A stretch of DNA of 64,000 bases, taken from the IMG/VR virus record IMGVR_UViG_3300006148_000272. One strand, given 5' to 3'. Every line of letters begins with the position of its first letter. Within the stretch, counting starts at the first letter, position 1. Below the pieces are notes generated by a model that saw nothing but the letters and a program-made list of their open reading frames with translations, did no database searches and had not been told where the DNA came from. Position numbers and translations under genes: made by a program. The stretch comes from an uncultured virus (IMG/VR IMGVR_UViG_3300006148_000272) (lineage: Duplodnaviria; Heunggongvirae; Uroviricota; Caudoviricetes). Shown piece by piece: positions 30,201 through 36,751 of the stretch.

Positions 30201-31087
30201 TTCCCGTTGACATTCACTGTCAGCAGATCGGCCATGTCCAGCGCGTCGGAGCGCCAGACATCCTCAAACCCGCGCCTCTCGGCAAAAGCATACGCCCGCC
30301 GCGCCCTCATGATGGAATCGGCAGCCTTCTGCGGACTCTCGGCATACTTCAGCAAATCGGCAGGACACGCGTCCCAGCTGCCTTCCTTCCCGGCTACGCA
30401 ATCCACTATCCGGCGGGAAATCTCCTCCTGTTCAGTCTGAACCCTCTTCAGATTTTCATTATAGGCGTCCAGCGTCTTCTGATGCCTCCCTTGAAAATCC
30501 TTCCAAATCTGGTCTGCCGTAACAACATCTGTTCCCCACAAATTGTTGGCGTTCTTGTAAATCTGGCGGCCTACATCTCTATCTCCGTCACCGATGGTCT
30601 CCATCAGGCGATTCCCAAGCATATAAGCTCGGTCATGTTCGCTAGCCAGATCAAGGCGGTTCAGAGCATCTTGGCCCCAGAGTTCCGCAGCTTTCTTTCT
30701 GCCCTCTCCATCCATGGCCCCGGCCCGCAGCACATCCATCAGCCGGGCCTGCTTATCCTTTCTGCGCCTCTCTTCTCGCTCTGCTGCGCCGTACATCATC
30801 ATAGCCCCCTGGTCATGCAGGGATTCAGGATCCGTCAGCTGCGGACGGAACTCCGTTTCGGAAGGATCTTCCGGAGCAGGAAAAGGGGAAGGAGTGGTTT
30901 CCATCACGTCGCTTCCATTCAAAAGATTAATGTCGGCTGCTGCTTGCTCCTGTCCTGTTCCCGGTTCCATCTCCGGCAGGTGAAATCCGGCGGCAGCCTC
31001 GCCCTCCGGCAGCGGCAGGGAGGAAAAAGAAAGATCCAGAGGCATATCCGCAGCGTCGGCCCCGTCAAAGGAAAAATTGTCGTTCAT
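21260..31087 (-). CDS. Giant (3275 aa) internal virion/ejection protein with polyvalent effector domains
   Basis: Last gene of the ejection cluster; contains ParB-like (VITGRHR), PBECR-like (GYGLTHI) and two ADP-ribosyltransferase-like (VYHGT...GFYFT; LHAS...YGWGLYF) modules. Confidence 0.8.
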   Translation of the reverse strand: MNDNFSFDGADAADMPLDLSFSSLPLPEGEAAAGFHLPEMEPGTGQEQAAADINLLNGSDVMETTPSPFPAPEDPSETEFRPQLTDPESLHDQGAMMMYGAAEREERRRKDKQARLMDVLRAGAMDGEGRKKAAELWGQDALNRLDLASEHDRAYMLGNRLMETIGDGDRDVGRQIYKNANNLWGTDVVTADQIWKDFQGRHQKTLDAYNENLKRVQTEQEEISRRIVDCVAGKEGSWDACPADLLKYAESPQKAADSIMRARRAYAFAERRGFEDVWRSDALDMADLLTVNVNGNEVLDQQALMLLMTAIDRKVQESQTDSAAFWRNLYRSFADTARGAESLGVKAVQAVRGIPGMSGMEEWYSNNIAPLQGVKDTFDGQRQLFDRYEQRREALNTMQDVMHEFGQRMRGTSPDASWYVKAINGAGNITGQSLSYMAPGGWALALAGDMGHAGNAASRNGDSLVDVTINGLRNTVEEKGFGVFSVFGRMGAINKLMTRTGTGALARLAAKVPGRTFFAGTRTGKMLSTPAFAYVEEMAAEPLAGELFEWTARKLSGMTGMEVKPKDFEVVGPVLQAMGDVEQSGGCALFVAAMAAGHAPRMKQEVAAFVTDAQRAQLAGYTKKHAEEMASFSTAEHKAALAQKYFETDVLKDPEGAAERARKAGAELADRQEARLYQMSGALDKVLEKANIGRIRKLEGTDRYEVSLREGAVVNGVKMEEDRSVEMNEEQTDALVQVVLQGAYLNGVRVMQDAVLGNAAISEAGKMDFIETLDMLSEEAPAEYRKAAAETGGMTVPGLMDVAARAQARIDAIVREEGVSVQEARSRTDAEVMGKVQLGSIADLAAAFERRLDHAVRSGEITRGRSEEIRNGTAAASFAHRFTMATDPGSSLLLYAGGHATTANVMEDVQESALVHYMNLTGKDWQDLWEHLQAADAVLGRYGVSLGTYEGPAHDARDVVESFSNLSLSSSLADIESLPVPQWVKDTAEFALKNLEDSARIIRMGEQWNEFAATDEGKKFMEEHGGLADALQAVGVSTESVFRQARMDAAQKLDVEMVHADLASRRAPGDATMTLGELEALEESMARMDAAEDVEETAEEEDETDPVTGIAGNSASPAPLVEDAGGSLEGVGEEAEHDEEAGAEFRDHAFVRVAPDCVFAQVRVDSLALAPDVEQFKQGDHNERGAVKGRELQGWFREDAQPISVWRRRDGALHVITGRHRFDLAVRDGVEFIPAYVYEEDDAHDATWAKMHDVGQNMLDGQASALEVAFFVRNSNMGRDEMEAQGYLRPGSANVMGWDIATLAGDEVFTRLKNGVITDNEAWKVCRLSSTEAGQMLALQLREKGKPWDYVAAYVKEADRVAAEKSREGEAFDLFGNDTSWQEDCEKVARFAARGISLIAERLSLLKKSRGISRRKDLAGRMGIRLETDADLNAAIHDLERAKGAWQSHDPALHLHDRALAWDGTSEVNPFERVPVSGATFSVVAMDSSGTVLAPETFVTREDGSPDWFVIPRRKRQPAMPVRLLVGSDVGEHRGYGLTHILASRGFSFWKDRSPERYISSILANVSELYEVAPGRELLVKGRQPSSWMLLQLDRKDGFYSIVSAYPVRQGKKPLGKKLPLAERQPANANSGTARLGPGSASKAALPSQSAGGGDGFSLPQGAHVVNVNEVECRFDDGAIVPATFSLSLEKEAIKKEAVAAGTFMKAPNGKETNLTEDQWLAVRTAAFKNWFGDWEKDPQNASKVVDENGEPRVVYHGTYGDFTVFDKAKIGSATDYGIWGRGFYFTNMENTPYGNKKLALFLNFRNPFIFNDYKSAEEIGDYLNIWDGNFHEDDRFGIFRPYATGAAQIADSAQERGHDGLIAVLGKWTEYIAFEPNQIKSSTNNRGTFDPKNPDITFSIVSAQEQGLFRDGHFEAGNAVITEPGVTFSITALHASPHSFRKFDTAFMGKGEGAQAYGWGLYFAENPEVNRSYMNQFAQDKTTWKFREVETGVIEVMQRSLVNSFLPKDALPEAKEDASDIAWSVLGDLVDASKGSMTVSDIAREVMEEIEINRKHAEEYPQEREKMVQLEGFLLSLLDHLDEIEVRTGMPSNYRVELNVEDYLDFMEGGELLFWDKGYGSSTTSRIGDWLLDEGKEEAYSLFNDKDPENGYWMGGKIYRSLEDALGSPREASEFLLRHGVRGIRYADGFSRWKAEEKQTYNYVIFDGNDIKITAFADESTGGAWADYEDPTASFSLATRESVWVTLEREAQKNRLEVLRSQTAKALETWRRVCAANDVKQGDGAEAFGRVMAVVASIYKTLPEGYRFGLYPYMRAAENLATRLEDGQAWLSDELKKETLMDDTSERMDAVIDKLLARTLEQADRYAVDQMRAEMVARIKAVQPTKKASGKFNKGKLSAEDYRHLHGIVAMMNTDQEAKEKRMLELEGVLSSNQSTEEERGAAELELKDWHTFGYLAGMGLEQTRACARALALFITTGRTAWSTRLDEERRRTKFKAEKIVEGLGQATPQGGRDAEEDAKASTRTKAAKYLKYGLQSYSQLLNGWKKIPALRGLAHAEVTAIAEANVALRNMKHARDREVTALVKRCFGVQRTKDVARVLSDFKKTGDSGVVLNPLVKVERTVRIAEAREWVGLSFEEREERRKAIRKEYNDRGLSDDKASVPEALIPEMRRQLAELDELVKAGDGRARRRKNITAKEEVVRPGRKGETLKVSRAQAMYAILLYEQAEYVETMRNEGIGEAEVARLREFVGAEGLAFGYGLRELMNRQGKLLARVYEEREGVPFPAVENYFRAVFRADHKLDTKASFGEQTNAVAGGAKYGMLIPRRKHNLHLAWNMDCEAVFQAASAEVENYICTADITARWRGILADKEAAASLKEHMGRHGIDSLRHWLDVIDGAGVMEGGALLAGAQATSRFQSAKAVALLAWNVLTMLKQTSGLMHGMFAGEVGMGSFLLHLGQTMSMTGRMGVFEVMKTEAFRARTNDAQAELVSQLMGYASDQNYTGAIRFSMAGMRAIEKMDVWSNAVSMAALYNAKWAELEEAGKRTGVPMTDDEMHALCMQSVTRALELVAQPLTQSQKSMLGASTGLFAKMACFMSSEVLNKVGMIVSHVSSGNWGQALALYGMMSVAEQTVIALWHALLDDEDEWEKNGGWFGAMLGAPVAMIGGVPMLGAAVEFGYKQATGQRIYAGTASGVIDYSAIYRAAKNTWKAVTGEKEMTFADWAELILLDAKAAAYVAGAGAGSRSKAADSVASWLLSVAGVANLSKPGFKLAE
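30492..30656. repeat. 165-bp direct repeat, copy B
   Basis: 163/165 identical to 20459-20623. Confidence 0.95.
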
Positions 31088-31116
31088 AGTGAAAAATATT
31101 TATAATATGTTCAATG

Positions 31117-33474
31117 TTAAAATGATTTGTAATACTTGCTTACGCCGTTGACCCAATGCTTATTCAATCCGCGCGGATCATTCCCGGCTCCTGCCGGAGC
31201 GTACTTCCCTCCAATGGCGGCAATCGTCGTCAACCCCTGGTCCAGATAATGCTTCCTCAACAGGCGGGCGGCGTAATTAATGCTCTCTTCCACGGAGGAA
31301 AAAGTGCGCGGTCCCCCTCCATTCGGGCTGATGCCCATGGCGTTATTCTTGCGCAGGAAAGCGGCGCTCGTTCCCTTGCCGGTCTCGTGCATGGCAATAG
31401 CCATCAACAGCTTCGGATCCACGCCATACTTCCTTCCCGCATCATAAAAAGCCTGGCTGTACTGTCCCAGCCCCCCCAGCTTGGCGGCAGGCACCCTGGA
31501 CTCTCCGGCATCCTGCTCCCAATCCTGGCTTCCCGGATATTCTCTCTTGAAAAACTCCCTCATTTCCGGGCTGGCAGGGGAAATCGTCACATTCGTATCC
31601 ATCTTGGAAGAAAACGTCATCCGCAGCTTGCTGGCGCCGGACAGGGTAAGCTGGGGGGAACTCCCCCTGGTGTAGCCCACCACGGGAAGGGGCTTCCCGC
31701 GGCGGGAAGAAGAGGAAGAAGGAACCAGGGCGGCCAGTCCGGAAACGTCGTCGCCAAACCGCTGCCTCATGCTCTCCGGCAGAAGAATGCCGGCGGGCGC
31801 GTTCGTATTCACGGTATCTACGGAAACCATGGCAGGGAACGTAAACGGCTTGCGCAACATATCCTTCCGGCGCAGCGTCTGCTTCTCCCCTTCACTCAAT
31901 AATTTGGGGCCAGCATTAAACCGTTCACTATCCCTATCTCTCCATTTCTCGCTTGCAGTCTGCTGGTATTCATCCATCAATCTCCCACGACTCGGAATAA
32001 CTAAATCATTGCGACCTGTTACTTTTCTTAAAATAGTCTGAAGCATATCCTCCTGCAAAACATAGGAAGGCTCCTTCCCGTTCCCCTGCACCTCTCCATC
32101 AAACCAGGCCTCAAAATCATCACGAACGGCAATCTCGGTCTTGGCGGCAAGATTCTTTTGCAGGTTCTCAATCTTCTCCTTCTTGAACCTCTTGATCCAT
32201 GTATCTTCACTGTCTTTGGGTGTGTCGGACCCTTTGGAGGAATCAGCGTAGAGTTGCCAGGCATTCTTCGCCTCGGCATCAAGAGTGCCAATGACGTTAT
32301 TATAATCCGCCTGACGGTACAACGGAGCCCCATCCATCTCCTTCATGCGCTCGGAAACATTCAACATCTTGTACTTTTCCTTGCGCTTGGCCCACTTATC
32401 CATGCGGTTCAAAACATCCTTCTGGAACTCGGCTGACTTCGCGTAACGCTTGCACAGAAGGATCACATTTTCCTTCTTGCTCGCCAAATCCGGCCCTTCT
32501 TCTCCAGCCCTCACCATATCCGCAACCCGGTAAATGAAAGAATCAATCTGCGGAGCGCAGGCGCTGTAATCCCCGTCGCGCTCATAAACCGCATGAAACC
32601 CCAATTCTTCCTGATAGACGGGACCGGACAGCAAAGCATTCGTCACGGCCTGCCTGTCGTTCTTTGACTTAGGACGGGAAGCCGTCTGCTCGACTACCTC
32701 CGTAAGCCTGTTGTCGTCCTGACGCCGCAAAGAACGCATCATCTCATCCTGTTCGGAGGCGGAAAAATACCCGTCCAGCTCCCCGCGGTTAATCATCTCG
32801 GCGGCAAGATCCGGGTTAGTCGCGGCCAGGTTCTCAAAATGATGGCGGGAAGCCTTCTTCCTCCCTCTCAATAAACGCAGCTCACCTTCGTCACGGGAAA
32901 TCGTGCCGGAAGCTACGGCGTCATCAACAGACCTCTCGTAACCGCCCCAATCCTGCTTCTCCTCGGCCAGCTTCAAACTCGTATCGAAAGCCTGTCTGGC
33001 AACGCCCAGCTGATGTTTGGCAGCCAGCCCCCAATAACGTTCCGGCAGGCTTGACCTCACGGAAGCCCTGACAGCCTCCGCCTTCATGGCGCTCTCCGGG
33101 TGGAAAAAACTGCCACCCAGCGCGTCAATCTTCTGGCCGAACTCGTAAGCCAAATCTTTCAGCTTCCCCTGCCGGATGGAACCGTCCTTCTCAAAAACGC
33201 TCTCCTTCGTGCCCGGCGCGAAAGCCAGCATCCTGGAAAACTTCGCGTCGGACTCGTCCCGGATGCGTCGCAGCTCCACCTCCTGCCGCTGCATCTCCCC
33301 GAAATCGGAAATCCTGGCAAACGCCTCCGCGCTCCCCTGAACCGCCTCTTCGGCCTTCTGGACGGACGCGCCCAGCACCTGGCCCTGATCGCCATTGGCG
33401 GCCCGCGCCGCGACACCGGGATCAGCCTTGGCCGTCTGCAGGGACGGCCCGCCGTATAAAGAAAACTCGCTCAT
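31117..33474 (-). CDS. Internal virion protein with C-terminal lysozyme-like peptidoglycan hydrolase
   Basis: YGVDPKLLMAIAMHETG...NNAMGI...KYAP motif; long helical N-terminus. Confidence 0.8.
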   Translation of the reverse strand: MSEFSLYGGPSLQTAKADPGVAARAANGDQGQVLGASVQKAEEAVQGSAEAFARISDFGEMQRQEVELRRIRDESDAKFSRMLAFAPGTKESVFEKDGSIRQGKLKDLAYEFGQKIDALGGSFFHPESAMKAEAVRASVRSSLPERYWGLAAKHQLGVARQAFDTSLKLAEEKQDWGGYERSVDDAVASGTISRDEGELRLLRGRKKASRHHFENLAATNPDLAAEMINRGELDGYFSASEQDEMMRSLRRQDDNRLTEVVEQTASRPKSKNDRQAVTNALLSGPVYQEELGFHAVYERDGDYSACAPQIDSFIYRVADMVRAGEEGPDLASKKENVILLCKRYAKSAEFQKDVLNRMDKWAKRKEKYKMLNVSERMKEMDGAPLYRQADYNNVIGTLDAEAKNAWQLYADSSKGSDTPKDSEDTWIKRFKKEKIENLQKNLAAKTEIAVRDDFEAWFDGEVQGNGKEPSYVLQEDMLQTILRKVTGRNDLVIPSRGRLMDEYQQTASEKWRDRDSERFNAGPKLLSEGEKQTLRRKDMLRKPFTFPAMVSVDTVNTNAPAGILLPESMRQRFGDDVSGLAALVPSSSSSRRGKPLPVVGYTRGSSPQLTLSGASKLRMTFSSKMDTNVTISPASPEMREFFKREYPGSQDWEQDAGESRVPAAKLGGLGQYSQAFYDAGRKYGVDPKLLMAIAMHETGKGTSAAFLRKNNAMGISPNGGGPRTFSSVEESINYAARLLRKHYLDQGLTTIAAIGGKYAPAGAGNDPRGLNKHWVNGVSKYYKSF

Positions 33475-33851
33475 CGTGATATAAAACCGGTAAGTTGATC
33501 AATGGAAAAAACATGCACCTTCGGCCCGCGCAAAAACCGCTGCCAGGCCACATGCGTAAAACCTCTGCGGGAAAACTGCCGGGCCAGCCGGGCCAGCTCG
33601 CGCGGCTCCCCGGCCGCCCACCACACAAACAAGCACCTCTCCGGAAGATCCGGCATGCCCACAGGAGGAAAACACAACTCACCCAGCCTCTCGGAGGGCA
33701 GAGCCAGGCACACCTCCTCCGGGGAAACGAACGCCAGCCCCAGGGACGCGCAATCCTTCACATCCGTCCACAAATCCCGGCCCACCTCCGCATAAGCGCT
33801 CACGGTCGCATCAAACGCATTCATCGCCACACGCTCCTGTAAGGATTCCAC
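33471..33851 (-). CDS. Hypothetical protein in the ejection cluster
   Basis: 126 aa ORF overlapping both neighbours; may start at 33824. Confidence 0.6.
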   Translation of the reverse strand: MESLQERVAMNAFDATVSAYAEVGRDLWTDVKDCASLGLAFVSPEEVCLALPSERLGELCFPPVGMPDLPERCLFVWWAAGEPRELARLARQFSRRGFTHVAWQRFLRGPKVHVFSIDQLTGFISR

Positions 33852-34516
33852 TTCTGGCCGCCCAGGTAATCGTAAAAAGAAAACCCGCTCTTCTCCGGAC
33901 TCGCCGCCCAGGCCCCCAGCGTCATCATCCCCAGGCGGGGATCCGCCGTAGACCCGGGAAACACGCTCCCGGCCAAACCGCCCAGATCATAACCGGCAAA
34001 AAACCCCTGGTCGGCCGTCGTCGAACCGAAAGCCCCCATTCCGGCGCCAATGCTGCCTATCAAAGCCCCGCCAAGCTGAATCCCCGTGGACACCAGGGCC
34101 CCGGAAGCGGCGGACTTATAAGCCGCCGCCTGATTCTGCGCGCTCACCAGCGCGGCATCCCCCTCCCAGCGCTGCATCGCCGCCTCATAGCGCTTGCTCT
34201 GGTCGCTGATCGCCGCGCCCAGGGACAAATCGGAAATCTGCTTCTCCAGCACTTCGGCCGCGGCAAGCTCCGCCTGGCTGCCGGACCCCTCGGAAGTAAA
34301 CCCGGAAGCGCCCCTCCCAGCCCGCACGGAAGCCGTGGCGGCCGTCTGATTGCGCCTGGCTGTCGCCATATTCTCGGCGGCAAGACGCAAAGCGGAAGCG
34401 GACTCCGCCTCGGTATTGGCCGCATTCACATACGCGGCATCCCGCGCCGCCCGTCCCTGTGCCAGCGCGCTCTTCGCGTTGGCCCTGTTCGTCGCATAAG
34501 AACCGATACTGCCCAT
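33821..34516 (-). CDS. Putative small internal virion (ejection) protein
   Basis: Ala/Gly-rich and helical with a hydrophobic segment; T7 gp14-like position. Confidence 0.65.
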   Translation of the reverse strand: MGSIGSYATNRANAKSALAQGRAARDAAYVNAANTEAESASALRLAAENMATARRNQTAATASVRAGRGASGFTSEGSGSQAELAAAEVLEKQISDLSLGAAISDQSKRYEAAMQRWEGDAALVSAQNQAAAYKSAASGALVSTGIQLGGALIGSIGAGMGAFGSTTADQGFFAGYDLGGLAGSVFPGSTADPRLGMMTLGAWAASPEKSGFSFYDYLGGQKWNPYRSVWR

Positions 34517-34520
34517 AACC

Positions 34521-35066
34521 CTACAAAATGGAACGATCCAAAATATCCTTCAGCGGATGCTGGTCATTGCTCCCGCGCTGGCTCACATCGTGATACAGGG
34601 CGTCGGCAACATACCCCCTGTACAACTCCAAAAACACGCCCACATTCTGCGGCTTGCCCGTCACCGTGGCCGCCACCTTGGAAGCCAGCAAACACTTCAC
34701 GGCCTCCACAAACAAAGGCTCATGATCCGGCAGCATCTCTGCCAAAGCCGCCTCATTGGACAAAAACCGCACCTGCAGCAGGGAAGGAGCTTCCTCGCAA
34801 ATCACCACGCGGCCGGCCATGCGCCAGCGCCTGGCCTCCACCTTCAACAACTTCAGGCAATCCTCCGGCAGCGGAAACCGGCCGTTCCCCTCCGGGCACG
34901 CCAGCACGGCCTCCTTCGTGGCAAACGACCACGGGCCATAGGAAACGGCCTCCAGCATCACGGATGGAAACCACAACTCGCAAGCCCTGGCCGCCGGGGA
35001 ATCCATCACAAACTCCTGATCCCCCAGCAGGGAAAGGCACTGTGAAAAAAACGTCAGCTTATCCAT
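34521..35066 (-). CDS. Putative tail tubular protein A / adaptor
   Basis: WSFATK and FPLPEDCLK motifs; probable start MDKLT at 35066. Confidence 0.7.
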   Translation of the reverse strand: MDKLTFFSQCLSLLGDQEFVMDSPAARACELWFPSVMLEAVSYGPWSFATKEAVLACPEGNGRFPLPEDCLKLLKVEARRWRMAGRVVICEEAPSLLQVRFLSNEAALAEMLPDHEPLFVEAVKCLLASKVAATVTGKPQNVGVFLELYRGYVADALYHDVSQRGSNDQHPLKDILDRSIL

Positions 35067-35098
35067 TCCCCAACAATCGCATGAGGGCGGACTTCCTT

Positions 35099-35116
35099 CA
35101 AGTTGGCGAGAATCAA
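35099..35116 (-). promoter_or_regulatory. Late-promoter box, copy 3
   Basis: CAAGTTGGCGAGAATCAA, 33 bp from the ATG at 35066. Confidence 0.75.
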
Positions 35117-35137
35117 TGTTTCTATCCCTGCCGCATC

Positions 35138-36751
35138 TCAATAAAGCATCCCCTCCAGAGCGTCGGGGCGTCTGTGAGGCCTCTTCACCTTCTCCGGCTC
35201 CCCTGCATGACCGGACACCAGGCCGCGGCTCACCGCCTCCGCAAAGGTTCGTGCGGCATCCGCGCCATGGGAACAGGCGTCATGAAGCGGCATCTCCCGC
35301 ACGCACCCGTTGGACCCCGGCGGCAAACTGCGGTAATACTCCAGGGAACCCACCCCGGAAACATACTTCTGCCCGTCAATCTCCGGGCGCCGGTTGCAGC
35401 GCTCATGAAACACGCAAAAACGCAGCATATTCCGCAGCGCGTTAATCCCGGTCCAGACATCGGACGTGCGCGGCACGATCGCCGTGCGGAACCCGGCCCG
35501 CTGCAGCACGGACTCAAAAGAAGTCTTGGAAAAATCCCTCCTGGCCGCATCGTGCGGCAGCAGGTGCAGGGCGACAGGCCCGAACTCCCTCTCCCTCATC
35601 CGGATCTGCCCCACGTAATAATCAACCGCCTGATTATTCCCGGCAATATAATCCAGCGCGTAATACCTGCCGCCCACCACCTGCCAAAGCCAAATCGCCA
35701 TAAAATCGCTCAACCCCAAATCCCAGGAAGCATAAATCGGAGCCACGTCATCCACTTCAAACTCGGCTGCGATCCTCCCCTCGGCCCGCAGGGCAGAAAT
35801 CCACCTCCCGTAAATAGCCCCCTCCACGGACGTCTGCAAAGCCTCCTCCGGCACGGTGGGAAACTCCTGCTTCACCTCCGCCCCGTTAATCCTGTACTGG
35901 GTAGCGTACCACGCCTTCTGCCCCTCGGACAACTCAATCCCGTAACGCCTCTTCAAATCGGAAAAATAATCCCGCAAAAAATCATCCAGCCTCGGCTCCA
36001 CCCCCTCCAGGCAATACTCCCGATGCTGAATCCAGGAAAAAAAGAAAAACCTGAAATCCAGGCTGGAAAGAGGCTTGCCCACCATCTCCATAGCCTGCTC
36101 CATCAACTGGTAAGCCAGCCCGGCCTTCCCTCCCTCGTGGGTGGACTCCATCACCACCACGCAGCTCTTGCCAACGGTATTCAACGCGCCCGTGCGGATC
36201 TTCCTGGCCCTGGCCGGATCATGCAGCGCCGTATAGGAAAACTCGGAAATATGCAAAAACTGGAGAGTGGACCCGCGCAAATTAACCCCTACATCAACAG
36301 ACCCGTTCGTGGACCAGGCCATGCGGGTGGCCCTCTTCTCCACCACAGCGCACCCCTCCTTAACCATCCTCCCCAAAGCAGCCAGCGCCCGGTCCTCCAT
36401 CGTCGGATTCTCCGGCAAAAAATCCAAATGCTCATAAGCAAAAGCAATCTTGCGCAGCTTGGCCTCCCCGTCCTCCAGCGTCTTATCAATAATCCCGCAA
36501 TGCTGATTCCTCCCAAACAGGCAAAGATCCAGCATATAAATGGCGCAAAACGTAGAAATCCCCAGCTGGCGCACCTTCAAAATCGTATTGCGGAACCAAA
36601 GCCCGTGAAAAAGCTCCTCCTGGGCCCAATTCGGGCGGAAGCGCACCATCCGGCCCTCCTTATCCTCAATCCAATACAAATGATTAAGGCGCCACCACCT
36701 GTCGGCCAGCAGCTCCTTCCAATCCGGTCTCGTCTTCGCAGGCTCCGTCAT
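35138..36751 (-). CDS. terL: Terminase large subunit
   Basis: ILKVRQLGIST (Walker A-like), LHISE, MEST, SWDLG and HGADA motifs. Confidence 0.9.
   Translation of the reverse strand: MTEPAKTRPDWKELLADRWWRLNHLYWIEDKEGRMVRFRPNWAQEELFHGLWFRNTILKVRQLGISTFCAIYMLDLCLFGRNQHCGIIDKTLEDGEAKLRKIAFAYEHLDFLPENPTMEDRALAALGRMVKEGCAVVEKRATRMAWSTNGSVDVGVNLRGSTLQFLHISEFSYTALHDPARARKIRTGALNTVGKSCVVVMESTHEGGKAGLAYQLMEQAMEMVGKPLSSLDFRFFFFSWIQHREYCLEGVEPRLDDFLRDYFSDLKRRYGIELSEGQKAWYATQYRINGAEVKQEFPTVPEEALQTSVEGAIYGRWISALRAEGRIAAEFEVDDVAPIYASWDLGLSDFMAIWLWQVVGGRYYALDYIAGNNQAVDYYVGQIRMREREFGPVALHLLPHDAARRDFSKTSFESVLQRAGFRTAIVPRTSDVWTGINALRNMLRFCVFHERCNRRPEIDGQKYVSGVGSLEYYRSLPPGSNGCVREMPLHDACSHGADAARTFAEAVSRGLVSGHAGEPEKVKRPHRRPDALEGMLY

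Noticed and set aside
20459..30656. The 165-bp repeat pair as a DGR template/variable repeat
   Set aside because: No reverse transcriptase is visible in the window, both copies lie in coding genes, and there are only two mismatches, both synonymous.
21755..31105. Long + strand ORFs (933 aa, 1257 aa) opposite the giant gene
   Set aside because: These are antisense shadows of GC-rich codon usage, with no recognisable motifs.
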